A stretch of 64,000 nucleotides of DNA, taken from a bacterium OM1 bin76. Its GTDB lineage: Bacteria > Actinomycetota > Acidimicrobiia > Spongiisociales > ZC4RG35. The notes beneath the pieces were generated by a model. That model searched no databases. It was not told where the DNA came from and saw only the letters and a list, made by a program, of their open reading frames with translations. Shown piece by piece: positions 1 to 9,447 of this stretch. The stretch spans positions 8,189 to 72,188 of the forward strand of contig MPNA01000009.1 of the NCBI GenBank assembly GCA_002238785.1. The letters run 5' to 3'. The first letter of the stretch is position 1, and every line of letters starts with the position of its first letter. A program made the position numbers and the translations under genes.

Positions 1-1221
1 CGTACGTCTTGTTGAAGTGCTCCGAGCAACGGGCCAGGATGTGATGCTCGGCGCGGGCGAACCGGTAGAAGCGGGCGATGTCGGAGGAGTGCGGGTCGAT
101 CTCGGGGTAGCCCTGGGTCATCCACTCGGCGATCATCTTGCCCACCCCCGGGCCTTCCTTGATCCACACCGCCGCCGCCGACCAGAGGTTCTTCACCTCC
201 ACCGTCTCTCCCAGAAGCGGCATGGCGTCGGGGGTAAGGGACAGCAGGCCGTTGATGGCGTACCGGATCTCTGCCTGCGACAGGATCTCGGGCATCAACT
301 CCAGTGCATGCTCCATCTGTAGGTCGAAGTCTTCGTCTGTGAAGGGAAGTTCAGTGGGGGAGAGCAGCGACTCGCCCAGCGAGGGAATCTCATCGGGGTG
401 ATGGAAGATGGGGCGGTGGGCATAGGAACCCACTTCCATCGATCCGGCCGTCTGCCGCTCGTACATGTAGGTGTCCATATCGCGGACGATGGGGTATCCG
501 ATCTCCGAACGCGTCTGTTGCAAGACCGGAATGGGGCCGACGTCGATCATCTGGTGCACCGCGGGCGTTAGCGGGATGGTGGCGCCGGCCATCCGGGCGA
601 TCCGGGGACTCCACACCCCGCAGGCGATCACCAGATAGTCGGTCTCGATGCGTCCCTTGTCGGTCATCACCGCGTGTATCGCGCCGTTTCGGACCTCCAT
701 GCCCAGGATTTCGGTGTTGGGCAGGACGGTGAGTGCGTCCCGGGCCTGGGCTCGCTCCCGCATGATGGTTCCCGCCCGAAGCGAGTCAACCACCGTCACC
801 CCGGGACTGTAGAACCCGCCCACAATGACGTCGCGGTTGATGAAGGGCACCAATTCGAGCACCTCGTCGGGGGAGATCAGATGGGACTCGACTCCCCAGG
901 CGGTGGCGGAGGTCATCCGGCGGCGCAGTTCTTCCATGCGCTCGGAGGTGCGGGCCACCTCGATTCCCCCCGAAACCACCATGACACCCATCTCATCGTA
1001 CTGCCTGGTGGAATCTAGGGTGAGCAGGGTCATTTCCTTGGAGTGATCCACCGGAAAACAGAAATTGGAGGCATGCCCGGTGGAGCCGCCAGGGTTGGGA
1101 AGGGGACCCTTGTCGATTTGAACGATGTTCTTCCAACCCAGTTCGGCAAGGTGTCCTACCACCGAATTCCCTGCAATACCTGCTCCAATCACTATTACAT
1201 GGGCGCTGGTGGGGAAATTCA
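1..1221 (-). CDS. FAD-dependent oxidoreductase, DAO family (dimethylglycine oxidase / sarcosine dehydrogenase-like N-terminal flavin domain). Partial: the 3' end runs off the window start.
   Basis: Reverse-strand translation from ATG at 1221 gives MNFPTSAHVIVIGAGIAGNSVVGHLAELGWKNIVQIDKGPLPNPGGSTGHASNFCFPVDHSKEMT..., the GxGxxG Rossmann dinucleotide motif plus the conserved core typical of DmgO/SarDH-family amine oxidases. The frame stays open to position 1. Confidence 0.8.
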
Positions 1222-1287
1222 TGTCTCTACTCCCTATGCTGAGTAACGGTTATGTTTCTTGTGGCGGACGGTATGGTTGCGCGCATC

Positions 1288-1304
1288 GTTTACAATGTGT
1301 AAAC
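1288..1304. promoter_or_regulatory. Perfect 17-bp palindrome GTTTACAatgTGTAAAC in the divergent promoter region; candidate operator.
   Basis: Read directly in the sequence. The arms are 7 bp with a 3-bp spacer. It is AT-rich in a GC-rich intergenic region between the divergently transcribed DAO oxidoreductase and the corrinoid methyltransferase operon. Confidence 0.45.
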
Positions 1305-1403
1305 TCTACCGGGCGCTGCGGTGAAGGTTTGTCATCAAAGTTCTTTGCCGTAAGGCGCATCAACTCCACCGTCCCTGGCCTTCTCATTCCAACAGGTGAA
1401 ATC

Positions 1404-2090
1404 ATGAGCGAAGATTTTGACCTTGCTTCTCTTGACGACGAGGAGCTCGTCTACCAAATGCATGACGATCTCTACGACGGCTTAGCCGAGGAGATCGCCG
1501 AGGGAACCGAAATTCTACTGGCGCGGTCCTGGGATGCCCAAAAGGTGCTGAACGATGCCCTCGTAGAGGGCATGAGAGTCGTAGGGATCGACTTCCGCGA
1601 CGGGATCCTGTTCGTACCCGAAGTCCTGCTGGCCGCCAAGGCCATGAAGGCCGGGATGGAGATTCTCCGCCCCATACTCTCGGCTTCGGGCGTCGAGTCG
1701 GTCGGCAAGGTGGTGATCGGCACCGTGAAGGGAGACATCCACGACATCGGCAAGAACTTGGTGGGCATGATGCTGGAGGGGGCGGGGTTCGAAGTGTTCG
1801 ACTTGGGGATCAACACCGATGCGCAGGAGTTCTTGGATGCGCTGGAGGAGCACGATCCCGACATCCTGGGCATGTCGGCGCTGTTGACCACCACCATGCC
1901 CTACATGAAAGTGGTCATCGACGCCCTCAAGGAAGAGGGCATCAGGGAGGAGATCGTCGTGATGGTGGGCGGGGCGCCCCTGAACGAGGAATTCGGGGAG
2001 GCGGTGGGGGCCGACGCCTACTGCCGGGACGCAGCCGTGGCGGCCGAGACTGCCAAGACCCTGGTCGAAAAGAAACGCGCCAATGCCTAG
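1404..2090 (+). CDS. Corrinoid (cobalamin-binding) protein of a methyltransferase system (MtgC/MttC-like).
   Basis: B12-binding DxHxxG motif (GDIHDIGKNLV) followed by a Rossmann-like B12 domain. An N-terminal helical cap (EELVYQMHDDLYDGLAEE). RBS aggtga before the ATG at 1404. Confidence 0.8.
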   Translation: MSEDFDLASLDDEELVYQMHDDLYDGLAEEIAEGTEILLARSWDAQKVLNDALVEGMRVVGIDFRDGILFVPEVLLAAKAMKAGMEILRPILSASGVESVGKVVIGTVKGDIHDIGKNLVGMMLEGAGFEVFDLGINTDAQEFLDALEEHDPDILGMSALLTTTMPYMKVVIDALKEEGIREEIVVMVGGAPLNEEFGEAVGADAYCRDAAVAAETAKTLVEKKRANA

Positions 2091-2105
2091 GCGCGGGACG
2101 GGGAG

Positions 2106-3032
2106 ATGACCGAGACCGTCGTCTCCTCCGCCACCCGGGAGTGGGTGATAGGACCGAACCGGCCCTTTACCATTATCGGGGAGCGCATCAACCCCACCGG
2201 CCGCAAGCTCTTGGCGCAGGAGATGAAGAGCGGCGACTTCAGCCGCGTGGAGGCCGATGCCCTGGCTCAGGTGGGGGCCGGGGCTCACATGCTGGATGTC
2301 AATGCCGGAATTCCCCTGGCGGATGAGCCGGCCATCCTGGCTGAAGCCATCAAACTGGTCCAATCTCTCACCGATGTCCCGCTCTCCATCGACTCCTCCA
2401 TCATCGAGGCGCTGGAGGCCGGCTTGGCGGTATATCAGGGAAAGGCTCTGGTCAACTCGGTGACGGGGGAGGACGAAGTGTTGGAGAGGGTGTTGCCGCT
2501 GGTTGCCAAACACGGCGCCGCGGTGGTGGCGATTTCAAATGATGAAACCGGAATCTCCGAGGACCCCGATGTTCGTTTCGAAGTAGCCAAGAAGATCGTC
2601 TCCCGAGCCTCAGACTATGGCATTCCGGCTTCCGATGTGGTGGTCGATCCGTTGGTGATGCCGATCGGTGCGTTGGCGCACGCCGGCCGCCAGGTCTTTC
2701 ACATCCTGGGGCGGTTGAGAGATGAATTGCGGGTCAACTCCACCTGCGGGGCCTCCAACGTCAGCTTCGGCCTCCCCAACCGGGAAACCATAAACTCGGC
2801 CTTTCTCACCATGGCGATCGGCGCCGGGTTGACGTCGGCGATAACCAATCCGCTTCACACCCAAGTGCGTTCGGCCTTGATGGCGGCCGATGTGATGATG
2901 GCCAATGACCCGGAGTGCGCACGCTGGATCAGGGCCAACCGCGCTTCCCCTCCTCCGGGCAGCAGGGGTGCCCGTCGAGGAGGTGGTCGTCGGCGGCGAA
3001 CCGGACGAGGCGCCGATGGCCGAACCCGTTGA
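2106..3032 (+). CDS. Methyltetrahydrofolate:corrinoid methyltransferase (pterin-binding, DHPS-like TIM barrel; MtgA/AcsE/MtrH-like).
   Basis: Pterin-binding signature: IIGERINPTGRK ... MLDVNAG ... ALVNSV ... NVSFGLPNR. It directly follows the corrinoid protein. The C-terminal tail after ARWIRANRA is low-complexity and probably read-through, so the true stop may lie earlier. Confidence 0.75.
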   Translation: MTETVVSSATREWVIGPNRPFTIIGERINPTGRKLLAQEMKSGDFSRVEADALAQVGAGAHMLDVNAGIPLADEPAILAEAIKLVQSLTDVPLSIDSSIIEALEAGLAVYQGKALVNSVTGEDEVLERVLPLVAKHGAAVVAISNDETGISEDPDVRFEVAKKIVSRASDYGIPASDVVVDPLVMPIGALAHAGRQVFHILGRLRDELRVNSTCGASNVSFGLPNRETINSAFLTMAIGAGLTSAITNPLHTQVRSALMAADVMMANDPECARWIRANRASPPPGSRGARRGGGRRRRTGRGADGRTR

Positions 3033-5007
3033 ACTCCGGATAATTTTCACCCCGTCGGGTCGGAGGGGTCGGGTTCCCCGGGGGACGACGGTCCTGGAGG
3101 CGGCCCGGATGGTGGGCGCCGATCTTGCCTCTTTGTGCGGTGGTCGGGGTATCTGCGGGCGTTGCCAGATGACTCCGGTGTTTGGAGAGTTTGCCAAGCA
3201 CGGTATCTCGGTGGGACCGGAGGCGCTGACCGAGTGGTCTGAGACGGAGTCTTCCTATCGCAAGCGGCGGGGACTGGCCGCCGACCGGAGGCTGGGATGC
3301 ATGGCGAAGGTGCTGGAGGACGTGCTGGTCGATGTACCGCCCGAAAGCCAGACCCACCGGCAGGTGGTGAGAAAAGAAGTCGATGTCGGAAAGCTGCGCC
3401 TGGACCCGGTGACCACTCTTCATTATGTGGTGGTCGAGGCGCCGACTCTGGAACATGCTCCCGGAGACGCCCAACGGTTGGTGGCGGCGCTTGCAGAGCA
3501 GTGGGCCCTGACCGGCGTGGCGGTGGGCGCCGAGGTTCTGGGGATGCTGCAGGATGCGGTGCGGGCAGGCGATGGCAAAGTCACGGCCGCGGTGCGGGAT
3601 CGACGAGAGGTGGTGTCGGTGTGGCCCGGTTTTCGCGAGCAGGTGCTGGGGGTGGCGGTGGATGTGGGATCGACCACCATCGCCGGGCATCTGGCCGACC
3701 TGACCACCGGGGAGGTAATTGCCTCCCAGGGTTTGATGAACCCCCAGGTCAGATTGGGAGAGGACCTGATGAGCCGGGTCTCATACGTAGCGTTGAACGA
3801 GGACGGAGCGCAGAGGCTCACTTCCCTGGTCCGATCGGCGGTTTCGGAGTTGTGCTCGGATCTATTGGAGCAGGCCGGCGCTGATCGGGAGTCGGTGCTG
3901 GAGATGGTGGTGGTGGGCAACCCCATCATGCATCATCTGTTCTTGGGCTTGGACGTCCGTCCTTTGGGAGAGGCGCCCTTCACCCTGGCCACCGACGGAC
4001 CGGTCGAGATTCCGGCTTCGCGGGTTGGGATCGAACTGAACGAGGCGACACGCATCTACCTCCTACCGTGCATCGCCGGACATGTGGGCGCCGATGCGGC
4101 GGGGATGATTCTGTCGGAACGGCCCTATGGGGCCGACGAGATCATGTTGTTGTGCGACATCGGCACCAATGCCGAGATAGTGCTGGGGAATGCGGATCGG
4201 CTTCTGGCAGCCTCCAGCCCAACCGGTCCGGCGTTGGAGGGCGCTCAGATTTCCTCGGGGCAGAGAGCGGCGCCGGGGGCCATAGAGCGAGTCCGCATCG
4301 ATCCCCAGACCCTAGAGCCGCGGATCAAGGTGATCGGGGTGGGCCCCTGGTCCGATGAGCCCGGGTTCTCCGAACAGGAAGCAGAGATCGGGGTAACCGG
4401 CATTTGCGGATCGGGAATCATTGAAGTTCTCTCCGAGTTGGCGGCGGCGGGGGTGATTCTGGCCGACGGAAGAATCGACGGCGCCAGCAGCGAACGGTCC
4501 CCCCGGGTGGTGAGGGACGGTCGCACCTATTCCTACATCCTGTGGGACAAGGGTGCGGTCGTGCGAATAACGCAAAACGATGTCCGGGCGGTGCAGTTGG
4601 CCAAGGCGGCCCTGCTGGCCGGCGCCAGGTTGTTGATGGATCATCTGGGATCCGACCAGGTGGATCGCATCCGTCTTGCCGGGGCCTTCGGGTCCCACCT
4701 GAGCGCTTCCCACTCCATGGAACTCGGACTCATCCCCCGGATCGAAACCCACCGTGCTACATCGGCGGGGAACGCGGCGGGGACGGGGGCGTTGATGTGC
4801 CTGTTGAGCGGAGAAAGCCGCCGCGAGATAGAACTAGTCATAAGTGGAGTTGAAAAAATCGAGACTGCCATAGAGTCCCGCTTCCAGGAGCACTTTGTGG
4901 CGTCCATGTCCTTTCCCGGCGCCAGCAAGGGCCGGTCCGACCCGAGACGGAGGTCATCACGCAGAAACCGGCGGAGGACTTCCAGCAGAACAGAAGAGAG
5001 GCCGTGA
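3016..5007 (+). CDS. Corrinoid reductive activase (RACo-like: N-terminal 2Fe-2S ferredoxin domain plus ASKHA-fold ATPase).
   Basis: Plant-type ferredoxin cysteines (CGGRGICGRCQ ... C). DUF4445/ASKHA core (VDVGSTTIAG, LCDIGTNAEIVLG, GICGSGIIE). The ATG at 3016 fits better than the upstream in-frame start at 2905, which would overlap the previous gene by 111 nt. Confidence 0.7.
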   Translation: MAEPVELRIIFTPSGRRGRVPRGTTVLEAARMVGADLASLCGGRGICGRCQMTPVFGEFAKHGISVGPEALTEWSETESSYRKRRGLAADRRLGCMAKVLEDVLVDVPPESQTHRQVVRKEVDVGKLRLDPVTTLHYVVVEAPTLEHAPGDAQRLVAALAEQWALTGVAVGAEVLGMLQDAVRAGDGKVTAAVRDRREVVSVWPGFREQVLGVAVDVGSTTIAGHLADLTTGEVIASQGLMNPQVRLGEDLMSRVSYVALNEDGAQRLTSLVRSAVSELCSDLLEQAGADRESVLEMVVVGNPIMHHLFLGLDVRPLGEAPFTLATDGPVEIPASRVGIELNEATRIYLLPCIAGHVGADAAGMILSERPYGADEIMLLCDIGTNAEIVLGNADRLLAASSPTGPALEGAQISSGQRAAPGAIERVRIDPQTLEPRIKVIGVGPWSDEPGFSEQEAEIGVTGICGSGIIEVLSELAAAGVILADGRIDGASSERSPRVVRDGRTYSYILWDKGAVVRITQNDVRAVQLAKAALLAGARLLMDHLGSDQVDRIRLAGAFGSHLSASHSMELGLIPRIETHRATSAGNAAGTGALMCLLSGESRREIELVISGVEKIETAIESRFQEHFVASMSFPGASKGRSDPRRRSSRRNRRRTSSRTEERP

Positions 5008-5072
5008 TGAGCAGGAGAAGAAGATCAGGAGGACGGCGGGCCCGGGCGGTCGCCAGGGCGGCTGCCCAAGAG

Positions 5073-6539
5073 ATGAGAAGATCCCCCTTCCTCACCAGCA
5101 AACTCGCTCCCTATGAGGTGCTCAGCACCGAGGGTCTGGAGATAATCGAGCACAACGCAGAGACCATTCTGGAGAGGGTGGGTGTGGACATAACCGATGA
5201 GCCGGCCGTCCAGACCTTCCGGGAAGCGGGGGCCGACGTCGATGGACAGCGAGTGCGTTTCCCCCGGGGAATGTGCCGCCAGATAGTGACCGCCACCGCC
5301 CCGTCCATGTTCACCCAGGTGGCTCGCAACCCCGAGAAGTCGGTGGTGATCGGCGGCAATCACCTGGTGCTGGCGCCCGCCTATGGCTCACCTTTCGTCA
5401 GGGATCTCGATAAGGGGCGACGTTACGCCACCATCGAGGACTTCCGGAATTTCGTGAAGCTCGTTTACATGACTCCCTACCTGCACCACTCGGGGGGAAC
5501 GCTGTGCGAGCCGGTGGACGTGGCCATCCCCAAGCGCCATCTCGACATGGTGTATTCCCATTTTCGCTTCTCCGACAAGCCTCTGATGGGCTCGGTGACC
5601 GCTCCCCATCGGGCGGCCGACTCAGTGGAAATGGCAGCCTTGGTGTTCGGGGAGGATTTCTTGGAAGAGAACACGGTGATCATGGGGCTCTGCAACGCCA
5701 ACTCGCCTCTCACCTGGGACAAAGCCATGCTTGGTTCAGCCCGCGAGTACGCCAGCCGGAACCAGGCGGCCATAATCACGCCCTTCATCCTGGCCGGGGC
5801 GATGGCGCCGGTTACGGTGGCGGGAGTGGCGGCCCAGACCCTGGCCGAGGCGCTGGTGGCGCTGTCCTACACCCAGTTGGTCAGACCGGGAGCGCCGGTG
5901 ATCTTCGGGTCCTTCGCCTCCTCGCTCTCCATGCAGTCCGGGGCGCCGACCTTTGGCACCCCCGAACCCTCGCTGACGCTGTTCGTTCTGGCCCAACTCG
6001 GTCGGCGGTTGGGGATTCCATTCCGGTCCGGCGGAAACCTGACAGCTTCGAAAGTTCCCGATGCCCAGGCTGCTTACGAGTCGGCTGCGACTTTCCAGCC
6101 CACCTTGCTGGCGGGAATCAATTTCGTGCTGCATTCGGCAGGCTGGCTCGAGGGTGGATTGACCATGGGATACGAGAAATTCATCCTCGACTCCGACCAG
6201 TGCGGAATGGCCGAGGCTCTGCTGTCGGGGGTGGATCTCTCCGAGAACGGACAAGCGCTGGAGTCGGTGATCGAGACCGGACCGGGCCAGCATCACCTGG
6301 GAACCGCGCACACCCTGGCCAATTTCGAGACTGCCTTCTACCGGTCTTTCACGGCCGACAACAACAGTTACGAGCAGTGGTCGGAGGAAGGGTCGTTGCG
6401 ATCGGTGGAGCGCGCCAACTCCCTTTGGAAGAAGTCACTGGCCGATTATGAGCCTCCGGCCATCGACGAGTCGGTCGACGAGGCTCTGCAGGAATACGTA
6501 GTCCGCAAGAAGCAGACCTACCCGGACTTCGAGGCGTAA
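5073..6539 (+). CDS. MttB-superfamily (trimethylamine methyltransferase family, non-pyrrolysine) quaternary-amine:corrinoid methyltransferase. Glycine betaine or carnitine is the likely substrate.
   Basis: Full-length MttB-family TIM-barrel sequence (RRSPFL...YEVLSTEGLEIIEHNAETILERVGV ... TPFILAGAMAPVT ...) with no in-frame TAG. An alternative start at 5004 overlaps the upstream stop as ATGA, but that Arg-rich leader looks spurious. Confidence 0.85.
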   Translation: MRRSPFLTSKLAPYEVLSTEGLEIIEHNAETILERVGVDITDEPAVQTFREAGADVDGQRVRFPRGMCRQIVTATAPSMFTQVARNPEKSVVIGGNHLVLAPAYGSPFVRDLDKGRRYATIEDFRNFVKLVYMTPYLHHSGGTLCEPVDVAIPKRHLDMVYSHFRFSDKPLMGSVTAPHRAADSVEMAALVFGEDFLEENTVIMGLCNANSPLTWDKAMLGSAREYASRNQAAIITPFILAGAMAPVTVAGVAAQTLAEALVALSYTQLVRPGAPVIFGSFASSLSMQSGAPTFGTPEPSLTLFVLAQLGRRLGIPFRSGGNLTASKVPDAQAAYESAATFQPTLLAGINFVLHSAGWLEGGLTMGYEKFILDSDQCGMAEALLSGVDLSENGQALESVIETGPGQHHLGTAHTLANFETAFYRSFTADNNSYEQWSEEGSLRSVERANSLWKKSLADYEPPAIDESVDEALQEYVVRKKQTYPDFEA

Positions 6540-7414
6540 TGGCCTCCTCCGACTATGCCGGGCGGCTGGAAGGCTTGAGTCAGTCCACCCGTTCGGCGAT
6601 CGCACAGGTCCTGAGCAAGGTCCGCTTCGAGATAATCCCACTCAAGAACGCCGTCGCCCAGGCCGGGCACCTCCCGCGGGGGGCCGTGATCACCGTAACC
6701 GCCTCCCCCAACAAGGGAATGGAGGCCACCATGGACCTGGCTGCAGAACTGGCCGAATCCGGGTTCGACGTCACCCCCCATCTTTCGGCCCGCCTGCATC
6801 GAGACCGGGCTCATCTGGCCGCGACCCTGGACAAGGCCGCCGAGTTGGGCATTCGCCGAGCGTTCGTGGTGGGTGGAGACCACCTCCATCCCGGTGAATT
6901 CTTCGACGGCCTCTCTCTGCTTGAGGCCATGAATGAGATCGGGCACCCCTTCGAGGAAGTGGGCATTCCCGCCTACCCGGAAGGACATCCGGTGATTCCG
7001 GATGCCAAGCTGGAGCAGGCGCTGCTGGACAAGCAGCCCTATGCTCACCATCTCGCCACCCAAATGTGCTTTGATGCCGGCGCCATCCGCTCCTTTCTGT
7101 CTGAGGCCCGACGCCGCCGGATCGGACTCCCGGCCTTCCTCGGCGTGCCGGGAGTGGGCGGACGGATGAAGCTGCTGCAGATCTCGGCGCGGATCGGGGT
7201 GGGCGACTCGGTCAGGTTCCTCTCCAAGAACGCCAAGGTGGTCACCAAACTGCTGGGGCCGGGGGGATACGACCCCGGGGAATTGCTGGAGGGCCTGGGC
7301 GACAGGTTATCCGATCCCGTCATGGCGATTCAGGGGTTGCATGTCTACACCTTCAACCGCTGCGAGGCGACCGAGGCTTGGCGCAGGGAGTACCTCGAAG
7401 CTCTGAGCCAGTGA
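6539..7414 (+). CDS. metF: 5,10-methylenetetrahydrofolate reductase
   Basis: MTHFR family (ELSPPK-like start region, FVVGGD, ATQMCFD). TAATG stop/start overlap with the upstream methyltransferase. Confidence 0.8.
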   Translation: MASSDYAGRLEGLSQSTRSAIAQVLSKVRFEIIPLKNAVAQAGHLPRGAVITVTASPNKGMEATMDLAAELAESGFDVTPHLSARLHRDRAHLAATLDKAAELGIRRAFVVGGDHLHPGEFFDGLSLLEAMNEIGHPFEEVGIPAYPEGHPVIPDAKLEQALLDKQPYAHHLATQMCFDAGAIRSFLSEARRRRIGLPAFLGVPGVGGRMKLLQISARIGVGDSVRFLSKNAKVVTKLLGPGGYDPGELLEGLGDRLSDPVMAIQGLHVYTFNRCEATEAWRREYLEALSQ

Positions 7415-7445
7415 CTTCTTTCACTTAGGAGTAAGGTTTCTTACG

Positions 7446-8570
7446 ATGCTGGTTGACGTGGCCTGGGTGGTGGTGGGCATGGCGGCGCTCATTATCGGGG
7501 CGGAGCGCCTCGTAAGCGCTGCGGAGCGGTTGGCCCACTACTGGGGGATGTCCACTGTCTTGATCGGAGCGGTGGTGGTGGGGCTGGGCACCTCCCTTCC
7601 GGAGATGCTCATCTCCGGTCTGGCGGCCGCCCGCCCGGACGGGCTGGACCTGGCCGCCGGCAACATCGTGGGATCCAATATCGCCAATCTCTCCCTGGTG
7701 CTGGGCGTCTCCATAATCCTCGCTCCGCTCAAAAACGTCACCTCGGATCTGCGGCGCGAGTGGCTGGCCATGCTGGCGGGATCGTTGGTGCTGGTGATTG
7801 CGGCTTGGAACAACGCGTTGTCCCGGCCCAACGGGGTGATTCTGGCGCTTGCGATGGTGGTGGCCCTGATGCTGCTGGTGCGATGGTCCCGGGACATGCA
7901 CTCCATCGAAGGGAAGACGCAAGCCACTGAAGACCCCGGACCTGCCTATTCGGAAGAGGTCGGCGGGTGGTTGGAGAAGGTGAAGGCGAGGAAGGAGTTG
8001 AGTCTTGGGGGCCTGCGCCTTCGCATCAGCCTGGTCCTGTGGAGGGAAATCCTGATGGCCCTGGTGTCGCTGGTCCTGACACTGTGGGGGGCCGACCGGT
8101 TGGTGGACGGCGCCACCGGCATCGCCGAACGGCTGAACATATCCGGAGGACTGGTGGGCCTCACCCTGGTTGCACTGGGCACCTCCCTTCCCGAGTTGGC
8201 CACCGCGGTGGCTGCCGCCCGGCACGGGAACACTGAACTGGTGATAGGGAACGTGCTGGGTTCCAATCTCTTCAATGCCCTGGCAGTGGGTGGCATCGCA
8301 GGACTGGTCGGGGACGGGGCCTTTACCGGCAATTTCCGGGGGAGCCTGTTGTGGATGATGGGCGCCGCGGTGGCGGCCGGGGGGATCGCCAACGGCCTCC
8401 GTGGGTTTGACCAACTGCGACCGTTCCGCAGCAGCAACCGTGTTCTGCAGATGATGGGGGCTGCTCTGGCGACGGGAGACGTTGTCTTTTCCCGATGGTC
8501 CCAAAGCAGGATTGCGGGAGTGGTTCTGGTGGCCTTTTACCCGCTGGCCCTGTTGCTGGCCGGTCTCTAG
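7446..8570 (+). CDS. Ca2+/cation antiporter (CaCA, Na+/Ca2+ exchanger family)
   Basis: Two alpha-repeat signatures, GTSLPEMLIS and GTSLPELATA. About 10 TM helices. Internal duplication. Confidence 0.8.
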   Translation: MLVDVAWVVVGMAALIIGAERLVSAAERLAHYWGMSTVLIGAVVVGLGTSLPEMLISGLAAARPDGLDLAAGNIVGSNIANLSLVLGVSIILAPLKNVTSDLRREWLAMLAGSLVLVIAAWNNALSRPNGVILALAMVVALMLLVRWSRDMHSIEGKTQATEDPGPAYSEEVGGWLEKVKARKELSLGGLRLRISLVLWREILMALVSLVLTLWGADRLVDGATGIAERLNISGGLVGLTLVALGTSLPELATAVAAARHGNTELVIGNVLGSNLFNALAVGGIAGLVGDGAFTGNFRGSLLWMMGAAVAAGGIANGLRGFDQLRPFRSSNRVLQMMGAALATGDVVFSRWSQSRIAGVVLVAFYPLALLLAGL

Positions 8571-8571
8571 T

Positions 8572-9354
8572 TCACAGGCGGGATCGAGACCCGGAGGGAA
8601 AGCTGGCAAGCTCGGCGGTTAATTGGTCGGCCACACTTCGTATCAGCCGCCCTATCTCCATGCCGTCTGTGTTGCCGGGGAATCGATAGCTGGGACCGTG
8701 GAGGCCCAAAGCCGCCACTATCTTCCCATGGGGGCCGTACACCGGGGCCGCCACCCCGGAGATGTCCACCGCGAACTCTTCGTGAGCCCAGACAAACCCA
8801 TCGCGACGAGCGGCTTGAAGTCGGCACTGCAAGATGTGGGGATCGAGGATGGTGCTGGCGGTAACCCGGACCAGGTCCTGTCTGAGATAGTCCCGCAATC
8901 GATCCGGTTCCCATGCCGCCAGGCAGACCTGACCGGTGGCGAGGGTATGGAGTGGGAAGGTGTGGCCTGTCCAATCCTGAACCTGCACGGTTCGATCAGC
9001 CACCACCTGGCTGATGTACAGCACCTTCTTGCCCTCCGGCACCGCCAGGGCGGCGTCCTCCCCCAATCGGGAGACCAGATTCTCCAAGTGGGGCCGACCC
9101 AACTGCTTCAAGACTTGGGGGGAGGTTCCTCTGCCGGCCAGCACCTCCAATCCGGGGCCAACCCGATACCGACCTCGCCGGCCTACCTGCTCCACCATTT
9201 CGAGGTGCTCGAGGGTGACCAGCATGCGAGAGACGGAACTCTTCGGCAAGCGGGTGGCCTTGGTTATCTGGGCCAAGCTGGCACTGCGCGGGGAGGCCAC
9301 CACCACCTGCAATACCGCAAAGGCCCGCTCGACTGCTCTGACAGGGGCGGTCAC
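8572..9354 (-). CDS. IclR-family transcriptional regulator, probable regulator of the divergent carnitine genes.
   Basis: N-terminal wHTH (VERAFAVLQVV...SLAQITKATRLPKSSVSRMLVTLE) plus an IclR effector domain. I take the GTG at 9354 as the start. The longer 436-aa ORF to 9882 has an N-terminal extension with no protein-like character. Confidence 0.7.
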   Translation of the reverse strand: MTAPVRAVERAFAVLQVVVASPRSASLAQITKATRLPKSSVSRMLVTLEHLEMVEQVGRRGRYRVGPGLEVLAGRGTSPQVLKQLGRPHLENLVSRLGEDAALAVPEGKKVLYISQVVADRTVQVQDWTGHTFPLHTLATGQVCLAAWEPDRLRDYLRQDLVRVTASTILDPHILQCRLQAARRDGFVWAHEEFAVDISGVAAPVYGPHGKIVAALGLHGPSYRFPGNTDGMEIGRLIRSVADQLTAELASFPSGSRSRL

Positions 9355-9447
9355 GATGAGAGGTCGGGTCGGTGGGACGCCATAGTCATCAATGTACCAG
9401 TGGCTGGAATATACTACTAAGTGGGAATCGGCTAAGGAGTTTGCGAG

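Noticed and set aside
2905-3015. Upstream start for the RACo-like gene giving a 111-nt overlap with the pterin methyltransferase
   Set aside because: The ferredoxin domain begins right after the ATG at 3016 (MAEPVELRIIF...). An overlap that large would be unusual. The upstream extension is likely spurious in this high-GC DNA.
5004-5072. ATG at 5004 as the MttB start (Arg-rich MMSRRRRSGGRRARAV leader)
   Set aside because: The purine-rich stretch more likely contains the RBS. MttB-family proteins begin close to the RRSxF motif, which the ATG at 5073 provides. I keep 5004 as an alternative because of the ATGA coupling.
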